64,000 bases of DNA from NCBI GenBank assembly GCA_964016885.1, contig OZ024742.1, forward strand, positions 81,096,001-81,160,000, read 5' to 3'. The position numbers and the translations under genes are program-made. Shown piece by piece: positions 31,581 to 45,765 of this stretch (position 1 is the stretch's first letter; every line of letters starts with the position of its first letter). Source of the DNA: Eledone cirrhosa. Taxonomy: Eukaryota. A model generated the notes under the pieces. The model had not been told where the DNA came from and did not search any database. It saw only the letters and a list, made by a program, of their open reading frames with translations.

Positions 31581-33260
31581 GTGTATATAAACTATCAAAA
31601 GTTCCTGGTATTGACAGTGTGAAAGAAAATATTGACATTTCGTTCAAAACGTTCACTAGGGAATATTTGAAACTTCTCGTATATATATGACGAAGAAAAA
31701 AATTAATCAAAAGAAAATATAATTGAGATTACATAAACACTTTAAAAAGTATACATAGTGGCGTATTGATGTTGTCGTAAAATATACTACACATACCGAC
31801 GAACATATCTGATAATGCTGTTGAAAGTGAAAAAGAGCGTACTTTCGACTCTGATGGAGAAAAGTAGTATAACGTGTAGATGAACATTTGTAACTGTAAC
31901 AAACATATCTACCAATATCACATTCCATATTATTGCCGTCGCCCTACTTTCAATGTTGCATGTATTGGGCGTTGTATGACATAGTTAATTCTCTCATCCT
32001 ATTCTTGACCATAATACCAGTCGTAGAATTTTTGCATTATACCAAGAGTATCTGTAAGGAAATGAAGTTTCATTTCTATTCTAAGGGTCTGAAATTAACT
32101 AAAATATTTGAAAAACCCCATGTTTGTTTTATGAAATAATTCAAATTAATATGCTGCGCTTCACTAATATACTTTCTTAAATCGGTATTATATCTGTAAG
32201 AAACATTTTTATTTCTATTATTTTTTTCGTTAATATAATTTGATTGCAATTGAACATATTCATACAAATCAGGTATGAATGCTGTTTGACCTTTGGCATA
32301 GGGTGTGTATTTTTCAAATACTATGCCAAAGGTCATATCATAACAGGAGATATAGTATTTTTCAAATACTATATCGCCTGTTACGATATGTATCGTTTCG
32401 CCTGATTTATGTATTGGTAATTATTTCAACGTTTGCTTCATAAAAACATTTTAGAAACAGCCATGGCTGTAAATGTGTATCATTAAGCACAAAACGCAGC
32501 CTTTTGTTGAACATATAAATCTGGAAGCCAGATCTAATATAGGACTGGCCAATAACTAAGACAAGATACTAATTCCTTTTGAAGAAAAAAAAAGAACATA
32601 AATCCATTTATTATGAATAATTATCGACAGGTGTCTATTGCCAGTATTTATTAAACATAATTTTACTTCTTCTGAAAGCACAGCTGCAGCTGGTAAATGA
32701 CAAACACAATGTTATAGTAAACCCATTTATGATTGCACGTAGTAAACACCTAAAATTAATGTATTAAGATTTATGAACATTACAACAAGTTTCAAATGAA
32801 TATCCGCTTCAGACACATCATTTCAGATAGAAGATATCGTTACAAATATTATCATAGAACTCTTAATAAGCAATAAGACAAAATAAAGTTTACGTCATGA
32901 GATTTTATATTTCTCTACTATTTAATAATATCAAGTCATAATTTCTTCCCGGAAAGCGAACAATGTGATTATACTATAGAATAAATTACATTTGTTTTTC
33001 TCAAGTTTTACAGGCATGAATTACGTCACAACTTGCCTCTCGTGTATTTTAATTATATTGAATAATAGCAGTCGTATTATGCACAGGATAATGTATTTTT
33101 GAACGCGGGTCGCCAACAGACGTAATCGTGGAAAAACTGCATGCCTGGATGATATGTAAAGAAAATAAACCGAATACTTTGATGGCTGGATAATCTTTAA
33201 GATTTTCTTCGATGAAGCAGGAATAATTCAGGTTTTTCAACTAAAAATTCAGGTTTTTTC

Positions 33261-34000
33261 AACTAGGTAATCAAGAAAATCATTTTTTTTTATGTGCATA
33301 ATATGCCTTGAAATTTAGGGAAAATCGGCTAGACGTAACGCCTGAAAAACGCCCTAAAGGCTGAAAAAATAAAGTTATTCACCTAATGCGGGCCCTAGGC
33401 CATAAACATTTCTTTGCTCACGGTATGAAGAAGAGACTGACTAATACATAGTTACAATTTCAAGGAAATCAGGCTGACGTAACGCCTCAAAAAACTCCTA
33501 AAAACCTGTAAAAACGCAGTTTTTCAGCTAATGTGGGTCTTAGCCGATGAAAAAGTTGATTTTGTTTAGATGCCTCGCACTCCCTGGAACATACGTAATA
33601 CACATGTAAAGTTTGAAAAAAGTCGGTTGGGTACTTCTCTAGATTTAGGGATTCAAACTCACAGACACACACACACGCGCACACACACACACAGACATCA
33701 TCAGGTAGGTGACGTAATGTAGACAGCCAGACAAACAGACAGATATTATAAGGGCACAACTTTATATGTTTGTATCTATCTAAAAAGATAAAGACAAATG
33801 AATTATAGAGAGAGATCGCTAAATCACCTAATGCGGTCCCTAGGGCATTGAAAATTTGAAATTTCGTTTTGCTCAGAACACTCCCTGAAATGTAGGTATT
33901 ACATGTGTAAAGGTTTAAAACAGTCGGTTGAGTGATTCTCAAGTTTTAGGGATTCAAACTCACACGCACACAGACAGACATCCTCAGTTTTATATATATT
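33261..34000 (+). mobile_element. Non-autonomous Helitron/Helentron-like element with internal repeats
   Basis: Starts ACTAG; repeated GGAAA.TC.GGCT.ACGTAACGCCT and AAAGTTT.AAAA..TCGGTTG..GGGATTCAAACTCAC; ends ACAGACA..CAGTTTTATATATA. Confidence 0.6.
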
Positions 34001-34009
34001 GTGTTTGTG

Positions 34010-34425
34010 ATAAGATTGTGTTTGTGATAAGAGTCCCGAGAGATCTGTTGGCGATGGCTTTGTATTTATTATGCGTGCGCTTTATTCCATAGGAAAAAAA
34101 CCTTTTTGAAATCTAAGTACAATGGTTTTGTATGATGGAGTAGATATCTGTTATAATACTTTCGCTTGTGTGTTTATATGCTATTACCATTATTGAAGCA
34201 CTTTGGCTGGGGTTTTTGAACTGTTTGTGGAGTTGGTGATTGTATACCATTCATAATCTATTCCTAATTTTACATGGAGATGGAGCATTAGTTGTGGTGT
34301 ATTTGTTTATATGACCTAATATTTATGTTAGTTGATGTGTGTAGTATCGAGTGATAGTCATTAGACTATCATTTCTGTATAACCCAAACTATAGGGAGGG
34401 GAAGAATTATATTTGTTTTTAGAGG
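34010..34425 (-). mobile_element. Degenerate PLE RT fragment
   Basis: Reverse translation FGLYRNDSL resembles GLYRDDGL. Confidence 0.55.
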
Positions 34426-35840
34426 TTAAATAGGCCAATCAGGCCGGATACTTTTGTGTGTTGGTCAAGAAGCAAAACCATATTTAAAATGTGTGGGAGA
34501 AACCAACTTATATTATTGTTCAATTAATTCGGTTTTACATATAAACGTTCTTACAAGCATAACATTCTCGGAAGTAACCCTCATTTTGGAGAGTGAACAT
34601 TTCTATCACTACCGAAAAATTGAACCATTGACTCCAGTATATGAATTGAATATCCAATCATTAAAACAAAGTGATTTCAATGAGTTACGTACTGACCACA
34701 CGAACATAGATCTCACAACGTACTGATGTACATGTCCATTCACCTGATTCTATGTTGCACAGAATGGCGATGTCATCACACTAATAACAGATATATTATT
34801 TATGTGAATTCAAAAGTCTTTTCCACAACGTTATAATATAGCTGAATTCAATGTTAGTTATTATGTTACGCGGCGACAAATACAAAAATCAAATAAGTAA
34901 TATTACTACACCTTACTAATATCACCCCACTAAACAGACACCAGGAAAAAAACATTATATATAAGTGCAACGATATAAAAAAAAGAACAGCACCATCAAA
35001 CGTGTGTACGACTTAAGTTCTGCGAATTCTACATAACCTATTACCTGCACCGACACAACTTCAGAAACCAGCAGAAATTCAACCACACTATAGAAGATAC
35101 ATGAGAAAATATGAGCCATTTGTATGTTTATCAGGAGAAATCCATACCGTGTGGCAACTGACCTCGAACTTTCCTTCGAGGAGAACATAAATATATTGTT
35201 CACTTAGGTATAACTACTATAATTTGTAGCAACCTCTTTGCAAAATATATTTTCAGATACAACGATACTGACTGAATACTCGACACCCATACAACACGCA
35301 CCCACACACACACACACATAATCACAATATACACGTGACACACACACACGCAGCACACATGAGGCAAATAAAACACGCACATAATTACAGCAAACGCTTT
35401 GCAACCCCCCTCCCCCCACACACACATACACACACCACAGAAATACATTCTCATACAAACCACAGCCAATAATTCGGCTATACTAACATATTGATTTATT
35501 GAACCTTACCCAAGGAACATTTAACAGTCATGATGTTACCCGACTAGAAACTATTACATATCAAACAGCACCAACGCTACGCACAGATATTTAAAAAAAC
35601 TGTACCACAAAACAAGACCATAAATAAATAGATGAAATACTCTATATAATCAATATCCAGCATTAATTTCCTCATAGACACACTTCCATATACTCGATAT
35701 GTACTTTTCGTTTTTATTTTTCCCCTCTTATTTTTCCTACTTTAAAAATTACTCTATTACCAATCACCTATTGTTGTTTTTGTTGTTGTTGTTGCTATGG
35801 TTTGTGCCTAAATTGGGAATAATTATTATTATTATTATTA

Positions 35841-36028
35841 GGGCGGTGGATTGGCAGTATCAGTAGATGGTCGGACACCATGCTTTGCAGCAAAGAGTTA
35901 CGGTCCTGTATGATCTGAGTTCAAATCCCGCCGAGGTTAACTTTGCCTGTCATCCTTACGAAGTCGATAAAATAAAGTACCAGTAATGTACTGGGTAATT
36001 GCTGGCCTTGTGCCAAAAGTAGAAACAA
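35841..36028 (+). mobile_element. tRNA-derived SINE in an (ATT)n tract
   Basis: Full head GGGCGGTGGATTGGCAGTATCAGTAG, B box, core and tail GTGCCAAAAGTAGAAAC. Confidence 0.92.
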
Positions 36029-36049
36029 ATATTATTATTATTATTGCTT

Positions 36050-36562
36050 TACCATCCTCCTATCAGGGAAACCGCTCGACAGAATATTATTGGCTTTCTC
36101 GTAGGAGATGCATAATCTGTTTATTATCTGAAGAAATGATAGTTGTCGATCCTAATCTCATCATACCATGCACAAGGTGAATGTTCTCCGATTTAGTGAC
36201 TCCAGACATCGGCTCACCTTTCACACTCTCTTTGCCACGCTTGAATTCAATGTCCCAGAATGTGACCGTAGCATGCGATGCCTCATCTTGCCTAATATGT
36301 CTTGTAGGTCCTTACGGATCTCAGCTGTGTCTATACCTTTTAACTCCAGCTTCATTATTACTACTCAATACTCGAGTTTCTCCATTTCTTTGTCATGTCT
36401 GTGTAAGCCAATTTGAAGAATCTTCGAAATTAAATGAACAAGTATTTAGGCCAGGAAAACTGAAGAGCAGATTAAAATCATATCACGGATTTCACAGATA
36501 TAATTTCATTTGTATATTATGTTTTCTGTGTGAGGCTCAAACCCTTCTAGTTGCCCCTCGTA
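36050..36562 (-). mobile_element. Mariner transposon 5' relic (TIR + transposase HTH region)
   Basis: TIR TA-CGAGGGGCAACTAGAAGGGTTTGAGCCT; MEKLEY*VVI..LKG..AEIRKDL..LG../ATVTFW..EFKRGKESV.GEP.SG. Confidence 0.8.
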
Positions 36563-36657
36563 CACACACACACACACATATGCACACATGCACAAACGCA
36601 CAAACAAGCACACACACGCACGCATGCACGCACACACGCAGACACACACGCAAACAT

Positions 36658-36743
<86 letters not shown>

Positions 36744-37219
36744 TCATATATATATATATATATAAATATACATGATATACTTATAGACTTACGAATGATC
36801 GTTTGTCATTTACTTGGGATTTCAATTTCTAAGTGTGGAAAATGACAACTTATCACAATATTATTGTTCCCTTTACGTCCCATCAGCAACACAATATAAT
36901 GTATCATTATCACGGCATCAAGTATTATCTACACTTCGCATGCGACATTAATGAATTAATAGAGCGAAAAGTTGAATCCTCTTCAACATGATTATGTACT
37001 TCATGTCTCCTAGGTCCAAAGAATTCCCAATAATAACAGCATTAGCATGCAGAGATGTATGGTAATGTGTATTCGCAGATGACTTTGACTTCTAAAGTAT
37101 CATCAATTAACACATGTAGAATCCCGAAATTTGTCTATGTCATTATTCCCCATATTCCCAAATATATTTAGCAACTGCATGGTTAAGGATACATATATAT
37201 ACCCCCCCCCCCCATAAAT

Positions 37220-37267
<48 letters not shown>

Positions 37268-37563
37268 TCTTTTACTCATTTACTTGTTCCATCTATCGGA
37301 CTGAGGCCGCGCTGGGGCCCCGCTCTTGTTGCCTCACGTTCTATCTCCAGCCAGTGTTGGCTGGGCATTGGCGTGATAATGGGTTCTTTGCTGATGACCT
37401 TGGTTTACCGTCGTACCGTGGTGTGGGCCCAACGTGATCCTGGATTACACAGTGCTAAGATGTTTCTTGGAAATATCCAGTTCAAAACCATGCAGATCTC
37501 GCAAATTTCTTGGCAGCTTTTTGGAGGGAGGGTTCCTTTAGACCCCAGGCTATGGCAATATCT

Positions 37564-37620
<57 letters not shown>

Positions 37621-37632
37621 TATATATATATG

Positions 37633-37696
<64 letters not shown>

Positions 37697-37698
<2 letters not shown>

Positions 37699-37975
37699 AA
37701 AGAATGGAGGTGTAACACACAAGTTATGATATATTGGTAAACGGAAAAGAAAATGCTGACAAATTGTTCACAGTGTTTGCTCTAATCAGATTAGAGCAAA
37801 CATCACGGACGCTCTATCTCAAAATTATTTTTGAAAAGCATTAGAAATGCGCAACCGGTAAAACTTAAAACCAAAACTGAATACTAACCAATACTATTAC
37901 TAATTCTCACTTATTCCTAATGAAACTATTTTTCACTGTGAACAATTTGTCAGCATTTTCTTTTCCGTCTACCTG
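37697..37975. mobile_element. Second copy of the 29.4-29.9 kb fold-back family (left arm deleted)
   Basis: Same tail AAAAGAAT.GAGGTGTAACACACAAG and TTGAAAAGCATTAGAAATGCGCAACCGGTA (37831-37860). Confidence 0.92.
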
Positions 37976-37994
37976 TATATATATATGTGTGTAT

Positions 37995-38460
37995 GTGTGA
38001 AGTAATTCCGTCTGAAAGGTCCAGGAAAAAAGAGTTCTCTATGTAAGTTACAGAGCTTATTAGTTATGTAATAAACAACATAAGATAATTATTTCATTTA
38101 CCGGTGGTTTCTTGAAAGCAAACAAAATATGCTTCCATTCATCAGAATGAAAACATCCTGGTGTCTTTATTGACAGTGTATTTGAAAAACAAACATATAA
38201 CAGATATGAAAGTGAGGCTGGAGGAAAAACAAAGGGGGGGGGATAATAAATAAGAAGATATAACAACACACACGTACACACACACAAGCACACACACTCA
38301 CATATGCACACGTATATCCATATATGTATACACATATACACGCATGTATACACATTAATATACACAGAGACACATATACACGCATATATACACAATTATA
38401 TACACAGATACACATATACACACACATACATATATATATATATCCATACATAAACACACC

Positions 38461-38500
<40 letters not shown>

Positions 38501-38503
38501 CGC

Positions 38504-38572
<69 letters not shown>

Positions 38573-38637
38573 CATACATATATATATATATACACATTTA
38601 TATATATACATGCACACGCATACATATATATATATTT

Positions 38638-38698
<61 letters not shown>

Positions 38699-38940
38699 CA
38701 TACATACACATACACATACATACACACATGTATACACACATGCATACGTACTCACATATAAAATGATACATATGCACAGAAATAAGAATAAATAATCAAA
38801 GTTGGCTGTCACATACAAATAAGCAAATAAAAAATAAGGATTAAGAAAATAAAAAAAAATAAAAAATATTATTAAGTTGACAGCGATAGAAAACGGCAAA
38901 ATTTTGAATAAAAATTCAAATAATAAAAACAATAATAATA
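37995..38940 (-). mobile_element. PLE-type 3' UTR/pLTR with tail (left arm of large inverted repeat)
   Basis: Reverse complement of 57115-58335 once later insertions are removed; contains an HHR and the tail hairpin AGCTCTGTAACTTACATAGAG. Confidence 0.85.
38092..38152 (-). ncRNA. Canonical type I hammerhead motif
   Basis: tttcatt-CTGATGA-atggaagca..tgctttcaa-GAAA-CC ACC GG-TA-aatgaaa. Confidence 0.9.
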
Positions 38941-38942
38941 AT

Positions 38943-41900
38943 GCTTTCTTTATTAACCACAAGGGTTTACATAAAGTAGACGTTAAGGACAGTACAGGAC
39001 AATACAGGACGGTACAAATGAGCATTACTGCTTGTAAAAAACAAAAACAGAGGTGGTAACAAAAAAATAACAAGGAGAAATTCCCCAATACGGGGGAGAC
39101 TTCCGAGGGACATACGTGGAGAAAGCCCATGAAAAAGCCACAGTGACCCTGACCAGCAGGGCAAGTGCCCTCTCCCAGTTTTCCACCTTTAATTTACAGC
39201 CACATACTCAGAGTAGGCCCATTCACTCGGGCCATTCTTGCCTCCCTCACCCATCTTTCAACAAAATGCTGGGTTGAGAGCACTTCCCTCTCTACCCTGA
39301 TTTTCCATTTCAAATGAAATTGGAAAATGTTAATCAGGGCATCACCTAAGAGGTACGTGCTCGTCTTCAGCCCTTTCAAACGTGTCCACCATACTATCTC
39401 TTTCGCCATGGCCACCAGACGGATAAAAATTACTCCGTCAAGGAGACGAGCTGGGGAAAGACGCGTCTAGCAAACGGCGGCCACACCTGATCACCGTTGA
39501 GGAAGAGGTGCAGATGTCGTAGCCTGAGCGCGTGTCTGCGCATCATCAGCCACGGCATGCCCAGCGTTCCACGTAGCGAGTGGTGACAGCAGCTGGACCG
39601 CCTGACCATCGGAGCGCATCCCTTCCAAAAAAAGCGAAAAAAGCAAACGCTCCAGCGCAGTCAGACGGGGCTTACGACACGGTATGACGGTCAGGCGGAT
39701 TAGATGACGGACACGATGTACGCGTTAGCCACCTCCGCTCAACCTTTCAGGGATAGCTTCCTCTCCTCCCATTTCTGGGTGAGAGAAGCCACCCTGCTCG
39801 TCACCTCGTCCAAGTTTTTGTCCGTCTAGAAGTCCGGACTGAACCAGACCCCTAGCAATTTAACCGATCCCTCCGTCCATCGCCCGACGACGCTGTTGGA
39901 CGGCACATGGACCCGCCACTCATGGTGCCGAGCTGCAGCCCCACTGACCTCTCCTGGTTGATCATTGCTCCTGTCACCGTTTCGTATTCTCTTAGTGTAG
40001 TGCCGATCGCCTCTATGTGTTTGGCGTTCGACACCACTACGGTGACATCGTCCGCATATGCTGACACGGATCTTGCGCGTCCTAGTTGGCGTGGAATCCC
40101 CCTCAACGTCTCCAATTTGTGCAGTAATGGCTCGAGCGTCAATACGTAAAAGAGGAACGAGAGGGAACATCCTTGGCGGACCGAGCGAATGATGTTGAAC
40201 GGTCCGAAAGGTGACCGTTCACTCTCACCACGGAGCATATGTCACTGTGCATGGCAGCTATCCAGCGTCTGAAGACGGGCCCAAAGACAGCCATCCTCAG
40301 GACTGCCGCTAGGTAAAGATTGTCGACCCTATCGAAAACTTTCGACTGATCTAAATTGATCAAGGACCCACACGTACCAGGTTCCCTAGCTACCCTTTCC
40401 ACAATGTATAGCCTGAGGTGGAGTTTGTCGTGGATGGATCTTTCGTAAATGGCGCAGGTCTGCGCCTCTCCCACAAGACCATAAACGACAAGCGTCAACC
40501 ACTTTGCAGCACCTTGACCAAAATCTTGAACTCTGGGTTTAGCAGAGTTATGGACCTGAAATTATCTATGTTATCCCCTTGTTCAGATCATTTCTCAGCA
40601 GCCCCACAGCTCCGCGGCTCACGGAGCTGGGAATTCTCCCGTTCTGTTGCCACTTGCAGTAGACACCCGAGAAGAGGCCTCCGAACAAGTCTTGCATCTG
40701 TACTTAAAGTTCCTAGAGCAGACCATCCAAACCAGGCGATTTACCCCTTGTCCAGCCAGTCATTTCCTCCCGTTTAGCGGCTGCTGTCGGCTTTTCGCAG
40801 GACTCCGCCTCAGTGGACTAGAGCCGCGGCAGTCCGTCTAGGTAGACACTAAAGTCCATCCCTCGATCCGGCTTGCCGCTGCCTCCGAACAGTTGATCTA
40901 AATGTAGTTGAAAAGCCCCACACATTTGCCCAGGATCGCGTAGCATGCGCCCGTCATGGGCCACCCAAAACCGGATCGTGGGTCTCTTGCCACGACGCGC
41001 CTCCGCCGCTCGGGTCAATTGAACAGCTTTCGTCCCCTCGTGTCTGAGAGCACGCACCCTAGCTCTGACAACGCAGCCTTCGTTCTTTGCATTGAAGAAT
41101 TGGTCAAGGGCCAATATCGCCGCAAGTACGTCGGACGCGATGCCCTTGCTAAACGCCTCGTCTAATTTTCTAACTAGTTGTTCCTCTGCTCTATTTTTCT
41201 CTATTGCTAAAGCCTTACTGAACCTAATGGACTCTATTCTAATCGCTCTTTTCAGAGCAAACCACCACTTGCTGTTGACGATGGCCCCCGCCAACGCCCG
41301 CTTAACTAGTTCGCTTATCCGGTCTATGTAGGCCTTGCGTGCTGGTAACGACGCGTTTAGCTTCCAGTAGCCGGGTCTTCGTCTATGAAGCCTATATAAG
41401 TCAAGCACACAGATCACGAATTTGTAGGCCGTGTATCTGACTATCTTGAATTGTGGACAGCCTATGCTAGACCTCTCTATTTCCCTACAAAATATTCTAT
41501 CTAGATATGATCTGGATGACCCTATGCGCTTTGTCCAAGTCCACATTGGCACGTTCGGGAAATCCAAACGGGTACCTGTCAGACAGTTGAAAACGCCTGA
41601 GCAGGTTGATGAGGCGCTTGCACGCTCCTCCCCTATCCGCTTATCCCACACAGTCCCAGCATTGTTCTAAGATCCCGTTCCAATCGCCCAATAACACTAA
41701 AGAGCGGGACATCCCAAGAAAGGTCTCCAGACGCCGCCAGAAATCAGGCCGCCCTGCTCCTGTCGGGGCATAGAGGCCATTAGCCTGAAAGCTTGCCCGT
41801 CTCCGCTGGTCACGTCCAGCACCACCAACTTACCTTCTCTGTTCAGGAAGATGGCCCGTATGGCGAGATCCAAACCTCTCCGAAAAAGCACAGCAACTCC

Positions 41901-44244
41901 TCACCCCGATCCAGGGCGACCGGGAGATGCGTACACATCGTAGCCGCCGAAGGTCCGTGCGAAGGCCCGTGCTTCGGAGATTCTGGTCTTGCTGATGGCT
42001 ACTACATCTATGTTTAGTGACCTGAGGTCGATGAGCAGGTGGCCCTGCTTCCATGACGACCCCAAGCCTCGCGCATTTATGCTGCCTATTCTGAGTGAGG
42101 TCATGTTGAAATGGAGAGGAAAAGAAGGGGAAAGACCACTTACCTTACTTCTTTTGAGTAAGGATGGTTTCTCCATCCTTTTCACCGCTTGTGGCCTCTT
42201 TCGGAAGGATGTCCTTATAAATCCTCCTGGAGAGGTGCTTGTCAGAATCACCGATGTCTTTGGGAAATTTTTGTTTTAGTGCCGTGTACGTTTTCTGTCT
42301 GATGCGAGTGATTTGTATGTGTGGAGGTAGTGAGAAATTTTGTGGTTTTGTGTAGTCTTTTTTCTGTGATGCTGGTGTTGTGTTGGATGTAGTGTAATAA
42401 TTGGTTGTTGTTCAAATTTAATGTGTGTAGTGTGTATCGTTTTGGTTGTTTTGTTTTGTTTTTTTGTGTGTTGTGGGTTTGTTTCTGCTTCGCTTTTTGG
42501 TGACTTTTGTGGTGTTAGTGATGGTGGTGTTGGGGTTAATGATGGTGATGGTGTTGGTGTTTGTGGTGATGGGGTTTGTGATGCTGGTGTGGATAGTGGC
42601 ATAGCTGTACTAACTTTTTTGTTTGATAGTTTATTTGTTTCCCTCTGTATTTTGTTTTTGTAGGGGGAAGGAAGAGGATTTTTTTTATTTGGCTTTTTTG
42701 TTTTTCTTTTTTCCTGATACCGTTTCCCACTCCTGGTCGTCACAATCTGTCTCCAGTTGCGATAGGTCGGGGAGTGGAAAATCCTCCACAGGCGTTGCTG
42801 TTGATTGTGGCGTGGTGGATGGTGTAGGCGCTGGTGCTAGTTCTGGTGCGTTGGGTGGTGGTGGTGTTGGTTTTGCTATTGTTGCTGGGGTTGTTGCTAT
42901 TACAGTTGCTTCTTTTGTTGCTGCTACAGTTGTTGCTGCCATTTCTGCTGCTGGTGGTATTTATGGTTGAGTCACTGGGTGGGTAAGAGAAGTGACCTCA
43001 ACCTTTTAGCCTGAGGGCAGAAAGCCCTTAGGTGGGCTCATTGACCACAAACGCCACACCTAGGCCTTCTGCCCTCGAAGATTTCGGTGAGGTGGCTGCC
43101 GTCAGTGAGGTCTATTACCTCTGGGATCTCCTCAATGTTTTTTTGGTCCGCTTGGATCAAGAGATCCATCCCAGATCAGGACCAGTTCTCCTGCTTTTCT
43201 TTCGCTATTTCGATTATCTTGGTGTTGGCGAGGACGGCATCCATTAGCCAGGGAATTTCGATGGCCGGTGAAATGTGGGTTACGCTGATATTTACGAGTC
43301 TCTGGCCACAATAGCTTGGGGCGAGTGTGAAGTCGTCACTTCTTAATGGGGCCATGGAGTGTTGTCTGGCCTTCTCTGGTGTTCCAAAGAATACGTCCAC
43401 GGTTCCATATTTCTGCCCACGTTGATGTGGATTTTTTTTGCCCACACATGTCCCAAAGCTTTTTGGATTTGGGACTCGGATGCCCGTTCCACTCGTCGCG
43501 ATTTTATGTTAATCGTCCGATAAGACACGATGCATAGGCGCCGTGCTCCATTTTATTTTTTTTTGTTGGGGGGAGAGGCTGACTTGTACCCCTCTTTCTT
43601 TACCATTTTCTTGGCTTTCACTAGTTCCTCCTGGATTACCTGGATTGTTACGCATGTTTTAGCTGCTTTGGCAAAAAGACGATGTTGTTATTTTCATTGT
43701 TGTTGTTGCTGTTGTTGTTATTTTTACTTTTGTTATTGTCATTTTTAGTTTCAGTTGTGTTGGTCAGTGTTGTTCGATGTGGAAGAGTCCATTATGAGTG
43801 AATCCATTTCGATTCTCGAGATAATTTATTTTTCTTTTGTTTCTGTTGTCGCTGTGGTAGTGGTGGTGGGGGGTGGCGGCTTCAACACCTGCAGTCATTG
43901 GTAAAGGCGGGAAATGAATGTCTGCATGAGACAAATTTAAATTATTGCTACTGCTTATATTTTCAGTGTTAGCAAACGTAGTAATATTTACAATTGTGGT
44001 GTTGGTGTGAGGAAGGCTCTCATCTACTTGGTGTAGCTGTGAGTCGTCTATGATATTTTCAAAGAAACTTTTTGTTTGATAATTATAAAAGTTTATTCTT
44101 TTTGAGTGTCAATTTCCGAAAGCAAATTTTGTGACTTTATAAATAGTTAACAACAAACATTTTCCATAATCCGCAATTTTAAACAAACGAAAACAACAAA
44201 CCTTTGCGGAGCTCACGATGATACGATTTCCTACGTAGGTCGCC
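38943..44244 (-). mobile_element. Tx1/L1-like LINE, subfamily A, decayed, both termini present, 3' internal deletion
   Basis: ORF1 with Pro/Thr-rich tail; ORF2 LRIGSINARGL, GYWKLN, DQSKVFDRVD, VRQGC, AYADD; AATAAA then (ATT)n; 5' end abuts (ATT)n. Confidence 0.95.
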
Positions 44245-44275
44245 AATAATAATAATAATAATACAAATAATAAAT

Positions 44276-45765
<1,490 letters not shown>

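Noticed and set aside
34440-35000. PLE with N-terminal endonuclease (Naiad-like)
   Set aside because: Only vague motif traces; too degenerate to call.
35841-35935. tRNA gene
   Set aside because: A/B boxes belong to a multi-copy SINE head; no cloverleaf.
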